Assembly: GCF_963921235.1 (NCBI RefSeq)
Contig: NC_086109.1
Coordinates: 7,070,001-7,134,000 of the forward strand
Direction of reading: 5' to 3'
Length of the DNA: 64,000 nt
Origin: Mobula hypostoma
Lineage: Eukaryota
Below are positions 25,011 through 35,834 of the stretch, in pieces. The notes beneath the pieces were generated by a model. That model saw only the letters and a list, made by a program, of their open reading frames with translations. It made no database searches and was not told the DNA's origin. Both the position numbers and the translations under genes were made by a program. How positions within the stretch are numbered: position 1 is the first letter of the stretch; each line of letters opens with the position of its first letter.

Positions 25011-27134
25011 GTGGGGAGAATGAAAGGAGAATAGTGTAAATGTGTGATTGATGGTCAGCAGAAAGCCGGCAGGCCAAAGGGCATGTTTCTGTTCTGTAAC
25101 TCTCTGTGCCTCCATGCCTTTAAAAATTCTGCAACCAAATTCTAGTGTGAAGCATCTACCTCATCCAGAACCCTGTCTGTAGCATTGGACATAATCAATA
25201 AGAAGTGATCTCATTGCCAAAGAACTCATGCCTTGTACCTCAGTGAAGGAACACTTGTCCATTCATTCAGTTTTTAAATAACTTTCCAAATCCTCCCTTC
25301 TATGGGAAAGCGTACATTCTAGTTATAGTGGACTCCTGCTACTCACTTAAAAAGCTGCAGAGCTTACGGAAAAATGCCCTGAAACCATTGTAACATCAGT
25401 GTTTAATCACCAGATGATTCAAACTACACCAGGTTTATGGGCCATTTGGTCCATCTAGCTAGTGCTTTCGTATTTATTGAGAAAAAGCGTGGAATAAGCC
25501 CTTCTGGCCCTTTGAGCCGCGCTGCCCAGCAACTCCCTGATTTAACCCTAGCCTGATCACCGGACAATTTATAATGACCAATTAACCTACCCACCGGTAC
25601 GTCCTTAGACTGTGGGAGGAAACCGCAGCACTGGGAGGAAACCCACATGGTTGTGGGGAGGACATAGAAACCCCTAGGTTGTTGGTACTGTAAAGCGTTG
25701 TGCTAACCACTACGCCACCCTACTGCCTCACTTGACTCCGCCCATAACAAATGCAAATCCTACTTTGTGTTCCATCTCAAGGAACGTTTTGCTATTTTTG
25801 AGAAACATAGCATATAGAACAGTACGGCATAGTACAGGCCCTTCAGCCCACAATGTTGTGCTGAACTTTTAACCCAAGACCAGTCTAATCCTTCCCTTCC
25901 ACATAGCTCCCCATGTTTCTGTCATCAGAACACATTGACAATCTATTTTTAAGGAGGGCAGAGGCACTTGTTATGAAGTTGCTGGGCTTCAAGTGGGACT
26001 TGCACAAATGCTCCAGGTCCAGTAGCAGAATAACACATACAAAGTGCTGGAGGAGTTTAGCAGATCAGGCAGTGTCTATGGAAATGAATAAACAGTTGAA
26101 GTTTGAGGCTGAAATCCTTCATCAGGCCAGAATTGTCAACTGTTCATTCCTTTCCTTAGATGCTGCCTGACCTGCTGAGTTCCTTCAGCATTTTGTGCGT
26201 GTTTCCTGGACTTCCAGCGTCTGCAGAATCTCATGTTTGGAGTAGCAGATAAAGGGTCAAATACCAAATGTCCCCTAGGCAAGGCTAGTGATATGTAAAA
26301 TAAATCAGTTTGCTCTCAGTATCACCTTTCTCTCTGCAACTCCACAGATGTGATCCTGCTGAGAAATACAAAGTGCACCCAACTTGATTTAAAAAAATTT
26401 ATGCCCACAAAGCTTAAAGATCTATAATAGTATATTTTACGGAAAGCGAGTGATTTCCCTGGTATTCATGCATTAATCCATCCAATTATCCAGATATTCC
26501 CGATGAGCAAATATAAATGCAAGTAACACGAATACGTAAAGACTCTGCAGTGCCTACCTGATAATTCCGATAAAAATGCTGACTTCTTGGTGATTTAACT
26601 AAGGTGTTTCATTTGCAGAAGGTGCTTCAAGTTCGACCAGCTTGGGAATGAATTCACGCCAGTGACAGTGAATAGTCGACTGCTGGAGAGTTTCCAGCTC
26701 AAATAAACAATTGTCCCCTTGTGTCAACTTTGTGCAGCAAGAATGTGAGCTGTCTGCAAAAAGGGGATTATTAGTTTTGCTCCTTATTTTGCATGATTAA
26801 CCCTCTCCCCTCATTAGAAACAAGGCAGGCAACCAAACACATGGGGAGGTTTCATGCTGTTTTATGCCTTTGCCATGGAAGGAAAATAACCACATAAGGC
26901 AGGGGTTAATGACACCCAGCAACAATGTCTCCAGTCTGCTGCCTGTGAGGCCACGTGCAGGTTGGAGGAGCAGCACTTCATATTCTGTCTGTCTGTGTAG
27001 CCTCCAACCTGACGGCCTCTCTTTTCCCATTCTCCATTCTGGCTCCTCCCCTTACAGGTTCTTCTCTCCTCACCCGCACATCACTTACCTCTGGCTCCCC
27101 ACCTCCTTCCCTTTCTCCCACGGTCCGCTCCCCC

Positions 27135-30100
27135 ATGCCAGACCAAGTGATCCAGTGGGTGGTAAAAGGATAAACCCTCGGCCCACTGGAAATCATGAAA
27201 ATAGTTAGCCACAGCATCGAGGGCTTCAGCCACAGTAAAGCAGAAATCGTCGCAAACTTAAAACCGGACATCTCGTGCATACAAGAAACTCATTGGCTGA
27301 ACAACCAACCCTATGTGCCAGGAATGCACTTGGCTATTGACACCCTAAGCCAAAGTTATGGAAGTGCGATATTTGTTTAAGAGAAATCTATAGTAATGAG
27401 CACAGCAAACATCCAAGCTGGCTCAATGGAACTTCTGAAAGTTGAAACAAAACACGTAAATATCATCTCTGTCTACAAGTCCCCTAATGAACCATTCATG
27501 TGGCCACCTAACCTAGCTCTCCAGGACACAATGTACCTCATTATTGGTGACTTTAATAGCCATGGCACCAACTGGAGATATGAAGATGAGCGATGTAACT
27601 GGAGAAGAAGTTGTATCATGGGCTCTAAACAACAGCCTTGAGCTACTATACTAATCAAAGGGCACCCCCACCTTCACAAGTGAAAAGGATACAACCCAGA
27701 CCTTGCCTTTGTTACCTCTTCACACGAACAGTCCTCCAACATATAGCCAAATCCCAACATCATCCAGTCGGGGTAGAATCCCTTCCAGTTCTGAGACCTG
27801 TACCATCAAAGTACTTACCAAGATTTAACCTGAGAAAAGCAAACTGGACATCTTTCACAGAATCCCTTGATCAACTTATCAATACCCATACCACCAGAAC
27901 CTGATCATTATGGTGAATTTGTCCGACTAATTTGGAAAGTAGCCCAGCAGAACATACCAAGAGGCTGCAGAACCAAATATATTCAGGGATTGACTAGTGA
28001 TATCAAGCAAAGTTATGATGAGTATGTCAACTTATACGACCAACACCCGTTTGGTCAAGACGCAATTGAAATGGGAGAGTCAGTCCTGTCCCTACTGAGC
28101 CAAGAGAGACAATAGTGTTGGCAGGAACTGATAGAAAACACAGACATGATCAAGAACAGTAAGAACGCATGGGCAACTGTTGGGAAACTCAACTCAGACA
28201 ATAGACCATCACAGAGAATTGCTGCCGTAACACCCAGTCAGGTTGCCCACCAACTGATGCTAAATGGTCGACCAAATAACAAGGAATGGAGGCAAAAGAA
28301 AAAGCAACATCAGGAGATGGAGACAGCTCTCTCAAACGGGAATAACAACTTCCCACCTCTCACCCTAGAAGAATTAAAGGATGAAGTATCACAGCTAAAG
28401 TCCAACAAAGTTGCTGGCATAGATGGGATTCTCAATGAATTCCTTAAACATCTTGGACCTAAAGCACTCCACTGGCTTCTGTCCCTTTTTAACTGTTGCC
28501 TAAGATCATTAAAAATACCTTAAAAGTGGAGAAGAGCCAAAGTTGTTGCTCTCCTAAAACCCAGTAAAGACCCTAACATTCCTAAAAACTACAGACTGAT
28601 TTCCTTGCTCTGCACCCTCTGTAAACTCTACGAGAGATCCATACTGAAAAGAATATCCCCCTTAGTCGAAGATCTTCTAACGCCAAACCTAGTGGGTTTC
28701 AGGCCAGGCCGCTCTTGCTGCGATCCAGTCCTGAACTTAACCCAGTATATTGAGCAACACACACAAAATACTGGTGGAACGCAGCAGGCCAGACAACATC
28801 CATAGGGAGAAGCGCAGTCGACAGTTTGTCAGGACTTGGCCCGAACCGTGCTTCTTCCTATAGATGCTGCCCGGCCTGCTGCGTTCCACCAGCATTTTGG
28901 GTGTGTTGCTTGAATTTCCAGCATCTGCAGATTTCCTCGTGTTTGTACCAGTATATTGAGGATGGCTTTGAAATGCGACAAATTACAGGGGCAGTATTCG
29001 TTGACTTAACAGCAGCATACGACACTGTGAATCACAGAGGCCTTCTACTGAAATTATCTAAAACGTTAAAGAACCAAACCACAGTCAAAGTAATAAGAAG
29101 CCTCCTAGAAAATCGCAGATTTTATGTAGAAGTGAATGGAATTAAGAGTAGGTGGTGTCCACAAAAGAACGGACTACCACGGGAATCAGTCCTGGCACTT
29201 CTACTATTTAATGTTTACACAAACGACCAACCAACCTTTCCTAACACACGCAGGTTTATCTATGCAGACAACCTATGCATAGCAACACAAGCTAACTCCT
29301 TCCAAGAAGCTGAGGTACGACTTACAGCAGTCCTCGAAGCAATGAGGCAGTATTATGAAAAATGATCTCTGAACCCAAATCCATCAAAAACTCAAGTGTG
29401 TGCATTCCACCTGAGGAATCGAGAAGCAGCTCGGAAACTCAAGATCTTCTGGTGTGGGAAGGAGCTCGAATACCATCCGACTCCAATTTACCTGGGCGTG
29501 GCACTGGATAGGACGCTCTCATTTGCCACCCACATCCAAAAACTCCGAGGGAAAGTTGGCTCTCGCAATTCTCTCTTGAAAAAATTAGCAGGCACAAAAT
29601 GGGGAGCTAATGCTCACACATGTAGATCAACTGCCCTAGCACTCTGCTATGCACCTGCAGAATACTGTGCACCTGTGTGGGGCAGATCAGTCCATCCGAA
29701 GAAAATAGACCCGTTGCTTAACGAAGCCTGCCGAATAATCACGGACACACTGCACCCCACACCCACTAACATCATTTACAGACTTGCAGGCATTGCTCTG
29801 AAGACACACTACAACAAAAATTGAAAAAGGTAAACAGAACTCGGATCCATGACACCCACTACATCATCATGTGCCAGTTTCCAATCGCCTAAAATCGAGG
29901 AAAAGCTTTGCTACAGTGGAGGAACTACCGCACAGAACATCCCCCCAAACATACAGGATTGACCTCTGGCAACAAACAGAAGCCAGAACCCCACCAAACA
30001 ATACAGTGCAAGACCCCACAGAAATGTTGCCAGACGGGGCACTGCTTGACAGACGGAAATGGTGCACTCTCAAAAGAGCGAGAGCGGGAGTTTGTAGGAC

Positions 30101-30290
30101 GGGAGACAATATGGTGAAGTGGGGTTTAAAGACCAGCGAATCCTGTGAGTGTGGTGAAAGGGTGCAGAACACTGAACACGTTCTGCACAACTGCCCACTC
30201 TCACCTGATTCAGCTGACACCGACCTGCTCAACATTAACTAAACAACACTAGAGTGGCTGGCTGTCTGGTGTGACAAGCCATGATGATGA
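27135..30290 (+). mobile_element. Near full-length, inactivated Vingi/Ingi-clade LINE (APE endonuclease, RT, C-terminal CCHC finger)
   Basis: SIEG...CIQETH and IIGDFNSH (APE); FVDLTAAYDTV and FIYADN (RT, YADD mutated); YLGVALDRTLSF, KLAGTKWGA, ALALCYAPAEYCAPVW; CECGERVQNTEHVLHNC. No ORF1; (ATG)n tail; several stops and frameshifts. Confidence 0.85.
28755..28947. mobile_element. Palindromic Penelope-derived insertion in the Vingi RT, 13-bp TSD
   Basis: Inverted arms; TSD CCAGTATATTGAG at 28742-28754 and 28948-28960. Confidence 0.85.
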
Positions 30291-30707
30291 CTCTTCTGTC
30301 CTTTCAGATTTCTTCTTCTTCCGCCCTTTACTTTTTCCACCTCTCACCTCCCAGCTTCTCACTTCATCCCCCTATCCCCCATCCAACCACCTCCCCCCTC
30401 ACCTGGCCACACCTATCACCTACCGGCTTATGATCCTTCCCTTCCCCCTACCTTCTTATACTGGCATCTGTCCCCTTCCTTTCCAATCCTGATGAAAAGT
30501 CTCAGCCCAAAACCCCTCCACAGATGCTACCTGACCTGCTGAGTTGCTCCAGCACTTTGTGTGTCCACCTCTAGAAATATAAAGTACAGAAACATTGTGT
30601 ATTTATTTTTTTCTATTATCAGAGGAACCCCCAGCTCAAAGGCAAGCTACAGTTACAACTGCGCCAATACAGTGCACATGTACAGTAATAAACTTTGTCA
30701 CCCACAC

Positions 30708-31108
30708 ACAGGACCCTGCAAAAGTCTTCGGCACATGTAAAAAAAAATTCAGTTAAGAGTAGATGCGTTCAAAAATAATGAAATGTGAAGATTCTTCATA
30801 TCAGAAGAATTACTCTAAAGAACAGTAATCAGCAAAAAAACCTAAATCAAATCAATATCTGGTGTGACCATCCTTTGCCTTTAAAATTGCAACTATTCTC
30901 TGTCGTGCAGTTTTATAAGAAAATCGGCTAGAAGGTTGTTCCAAGCATTTTGGAGAAGTTGCCACAGTTCTTCTGCAGACTTTGGCTGTCTCGCTTGTTT
31001 CTGTCTCTCCAGGTAATCCCACAGGCAGCCTCGATGGTGTTGAGATCAGGGCTGTGTGGAGGCCTTTTCATCTGAAACCATAGAAAAAACCGACGTTTGC
31101 ACAGTAGT
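30708..31108. mobile_element. Tc1-like MITE remnant
   Basis: Ends resemble TGCAAAAGTCTT.GGCAC / GAC.TTTGCACAGTA inverted termini. Confidence 0.55.
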
Positions 31109-32300
31109 GTGGATCATGATATCACAGCTGAGGTCGTACAAGGGAAAAGCAGTAACAGGATGCAGAATAAAGTGTTACAGCCAGAAAAGGTGAAGTACAG
31201 GCAGACAATAAGGAGCAAGGGCCATGACAGTGAAGTCAAGAGTCCTTCTCTTGTCCTGTAGGGAGAGCCCTTATCCTGAGCTTGTCACCCTTGGGTGAGG
31301 ATCGATGGAGTGGTCGATCACAGAACTGAGGGCTAATGAGGAACTAACAGTAAAGAGGATATGAGGAGTTAACAATGAAGAGGATATGAGACTTGGGCTA
31401 GATCAGCCATGCTTGTCTTGTACAGGAGCAGGCTAGAGGGGTTGACTGGCCTTCTCCCGCTCCCCCTTTCTCGTGTTCTCCTGTGATGCAACATCAGTAG
31501 AGAGGGGTGCCATCAAACGACATCATGAAAATGAATGGTTTGTTGTCTCAACGTGTTGGTACAGGTGTTCAGTATGGTCAGGACAAAGCAATGAAGAGAC
31601 CGCAGGAGAATTGGGTTGAGAGGGAAATGGATCAGCTGTGATCAAATGGCAGAACAATGATGGGTTCTGAACTAACAAAATCACCCTGCGTTTACAGAAG
31701 TACAACAATAAAACACAGGGCTGTTTGATAATTCAGCCCAAGGAGGGAACAGTCTGGCTCGCCTCCTTTAATCTCTGGGGTTTTATGGTAGGTTTATTGG
31801 TTACAGAGGCTATCAAAGTTTGCCTTTCTGATTTGTTGGCGTCTGCTTCCAGCTTTTTAACTACACAGTCAAGCCCTGCCCTAGTGGGAATGTGTTCCTG
31901 AATTTAATTTGAACACATCCCTCAGGTGTCCATGGTGAAATATGGCCAGCACATGTTCGAGATGCCTTTGGTTAGTCGTTCGTTGCTGCGTGCTAAAGAG
32001 CAGAGATTACCCGCAGGTTTATGCTGACAGATCTGCTTAGAGGCAGTCAAAGGAAGGCCGATGTTCCCAGTCAAACCTCGGCCGCATCTTTTCCTGACCC
32101 ACACCGGCTCCCAAGAGAAACGGGGAAAGGTGGCGCAAGAATGAACAAAAAGAACTGGAGGAAAAACAACATGGTGATCTTATTCACGGAAATCATTCTT
32201 GGTTTGCTTTTTATAGCAGCATTAACTTGGGTAAAGTTTCCAAAGAACTTGCACCATGAGGTAGCGTGGAACCTGATAGTCTTTGGTTGGCTGTATACAA

Positions 32301-32850
32301 TCAGTGGCCACTTTATTAGGTACATCTACTGTATACACCTGCTTGTTAATGCAAGTATCTAATTAGCCAATCATGTGGCAGCAACTCAATGTATAAAAGT
32401 ATGCAGACATGGTCAGGAGGTTCAGCTGTTGTTCAGACCAAACATCAGAATGGGGGAAGAAATGTGATCTAAGTGACTTTGACCATTCAATGACTGTTGG
32501 TGTCAGATGGGGTGGTCTGCATATCTCAGAAACTGATGATGTCTTGGCATTTTCATGCACAACAGTCTCTAGAGTTTGCAGAGAATAGTGTGAAAAACAA
32601 AAAGAAAGATCCAGTAAGCGCCAGTTCTGTGGGTGAAAACACCTTGTTAATGAGAGAGGTCAGAGGAGAATGGCCAGACTGGTTCAAGCTGACAGGGAGG
32701 TGACAGTAACTCAAATAGCCACACGTTACAACAGTGGTGGGCAGAAGGGCATCTCTGAATGCACAACATGTCGAACGTTGAAGTGGACGGGCTACAGCAG
32801 TAGAAGACCATGAACATACACTCAATGGCCATTCTGTTTGGTACCTACAG
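32301..32850 (+). mobile_element. Tc1-derived non-autonomous element, same family as 3219-3738
   Basis: CAGTGGCCACTTTATTAGGTACA start and MGKKCDLSDFD remnant. Confidence 0.8.
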
Positions 32851-33184
32851 GAAGAATGTGATTGCACTGGAGGAAGTGTAAAGAATGTCAAAATCATGCT
32901 TAACATCAGAATCAGAATCAGATTTATTATCACCGGTGTGTGTTGTGAAATTTTGTTAACTTAGCAGCAGCAGTTCAATGCAATAAATAATATAGAAGAA
33001 AAAAATAAGTAAATCAATTACAGTATATGTATATTGAATAGGTTAAAAATTGTGCAAAACAGAAATAAGATATACTAAAGAGGCACTGTTCATCGGCATA
33101 TGTCATGAAATTTTTGTTGTTTTTTGACAACAATATATTGCAATACATAATATTAAAAGAATGATAAATTATGATAAGAAGGAT

Positions 33185-34713
33185 ATAGAAACATAGAAAC
33201 ATAGAAAATAGGTGCAGGAGTAGGCCATTCGGCCCTTCGAGCCTGCACCGCCATTTATTATGATCATGGCTGATCATCCAACTCAGAACCCAGCCTTCCC
33301 TCCATACCCCCTGACCCCTGTAGCCACAAGGGCCATATCTAACTTCCTTTTAAACATAGCTAATGAACTGGCCTCAACAGTTTGCTGTGGCAGAGAATTC
33401 CACAGATTCACCACTCTCTGTGTGAAGAAGTTTTTCCTAACCTCGGTCCTAAAAGGCTTCCCCTCTATCCTCAAACTGTGACCCCTCGTTCTAGACCTCC
33501 CCAACATCGGGAACAATCTTCCCGCATCTAGCCTGTCCAATCCCTTTAGGATCTTATACGTTTCAATCAGATCCCCCCTCAATCTTCTAAATTCCAACGA
33601 GTACAAGCCCAGTTCATCCAGTCTTTCTTCATATGAAAGACCTGCCATCCCAGGAATCAATCTGGTGAACCTTCTTTGTACTCCCTCTATGGCAAAGATG
33701 TCTTTCCTCAGATTAGGGGACCAAAACTGCACACAATACTCCAGGTGTGGTCTCACCAAGGCCTTGTACAACTGCAGTAGTACCTCCCTGCTCCTGTACT
33801 CGAATCCTCTCGCTATAAATGCCAGCATACCGTTCGCCTTTTTCACCGCCTGCTGTACCTGCATGCCCACTTTCAATGACTGGTGTATAATGACACCCAG
33901 GTCTCGTTGCACCTCCCCTTTTCCTAATCGGCCACCATTCAGATAATAATCTGTTTTCCTATTTTTGCCACCAAAGTGGATAACTTCACATTTATCCACA
34001 TTAAATTGCATCTGCCATGAGTTTGCCCACTCACCCAACCTATCCAAGTCACCCTGCATCCTCTTAGCATCCTCCTCACTGCTAACACTGCCACCCAGCT
34101 TCGTGTCATCCGCAAACTTGGAGATGCTGCATTTAATTCCCTCATCCAAGTCATTAATATATATTGTAAACAACTGGGGTCCCAGCACTGAGCCTTGCGG
34201 TACCCCACTAGTCACCGCCTGCCATTCTGAAAAGGTCCCGTTTATTCCCACTCTTTGCTTCCTGTCTGCTAACCAATTCTCCACCCACACCAATACCTTA
34301 CCCCCAATACCGTGTGCTTTAAGTTTGCACACTAATCTCCTATGTGGGACCTTGTCAAAAGCCTTTTGAAAATCCAAATATACCACATCCACTGGTTCTC
34401 CCCTATCCACTCTACTAGTTACATCCTCAAAAAATTCTATGAGATTCGTCAGACATGATTTTCCTTTCACAAATCCATGCTGACTTTGTCCGATCATTTC
34501 ACCGCTTTCCAAATGTGCTGTTATCACATCCTTGATAACTGACTCCAGCAGTTTCCCCACCACCGACGTTAGGCTAACCGGCCTATAATTCCCCGGTTTC
34601 TCTCTCCCTCCTTTTTTAAAAAGTGGGGTTACATTAGCCACCCTCCAATCCTCAGGAACTAGTCCAGAATCTAACGAGTTTTGAAAAATTATCACTAATG
34701 CATCCACTATTTC
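33185..34713 (-). mobile_element. Young 5'-truncated CR1 LINE with an uninterrupted 474-aa RT ORF (33283-34707)
   Basis: EDWRVANVTPLFKKG, YRPVSLTS, YLDFQKAFDKVPH, GVPQGSVLGP, KFADDTKL; (TTTCTATG)n tail at the 33185 end. Confidence 0.95.
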
Positions 34714-34987
34714 ACTATATATAACAAATAAATAAGTAGTGCCATAAGAGAGGGAAGAATAGTGAAACAGTGTTCATGGATTCATTGTCCATTCAGATAT
34801 CTGATGAAGCTTTTCCTGAAATATGTGTGTGTCTTCAAGCTCCTATGCTTTCTCCTTGATGATAGGTCATCAGAATGGGGAAGAAATGTGATGTGAGTGA
34901 CTTTGACCATGGAATGCTTATTGGTGCCAGACAGGGTGGTTTGAGTACCTCAGAAGCTGCTGAACTTCTGGGATCTTCACGCACCAC

Positions 34988-35237
34988 TGTTATGTTCCGT
35001 AACTCCAAAACATAAAACTAATTGAAAGGAGAGTTAAACTAATTGACAGGAGTCTGAAATGTGAGTCTAACTTTGCTTTTTTACTTTAAGCACAGTGCAC
35101 ATGTATCATGTGGTGGCGTAATGACGTATGCCATTTGCATACTTTTACATATAACCAAAATAAACAACAAAGAAAGCTTAATTGAACAATATAGTTACAA
35201 TATTACTCAAATATTACTGAAACATTAAATACACAAC
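34988..35237. mobile_element. Solo-LTR-like element (TG...CA, about 250 bp); inverted copy at about 62891-63125
   Basis: TGTTATG...CACAACA termini, internal AATAAA, second copy in the window. Confidence 0.55.
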
Positions 35238-35834
35238 AATAGAAGTGGGTTCAATTGTAACGTTTAAGAGAAGTTTAGATAGAATGGGCGGAGTTTGGAG
35301 AGATATGGTCTGGCTGCAAGTAGATGGGACTAGGCAGAATACCAGATTGCATGGACTAAATGGGCTGAAGGGCCTGCTTCTGTGCTGTAGTGCCCTATGA
35401 CTCTATGGCTCCTTGAGAGGATGGTGGGAGATCTTCCAAAGGAAGTGGCAGAGGCAGGTACAATTACAATGTTTAAAGGGCATTTGGACAGGCACATGGA
35501 TAGGAAAGGCATAGAGGAGTAGGGGTCAGATGAGGGGACCCCAAACTTTTTCATGCCATGGATCCCTGCCATTACTACAGATAAATTGACAAATAATAAA
35601 ATAAGTGTTATTCCAGAAGATCGATATTTAACGTAAGGAGCGTTTATGGCCCAAGCTAAAACATGAACTGCATAACACCACTGACGCTTCATACATGACG
35701 AGATCTGGTTGGTGGCAGGGCATTCAGTAGTCTCATGGCCTGCGAGAAGAAACTGTTTCCCATCACAACAACCCTTGTCCTAACTGGGTGAGGGTGACTT
35801 CAGGCTGCTCACCTTCCCTGGGGCAAGGGGGCAT

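Noticed and set aside
27168..27188. 2A-like NPGP peptide at the Vingi 5' end (AACCCTCGGCCCA)
   Set aside because: It needs a frameshift and lacks the D(V/I)E part; the in-frame reading TLGP fits an ordinary N-terminus
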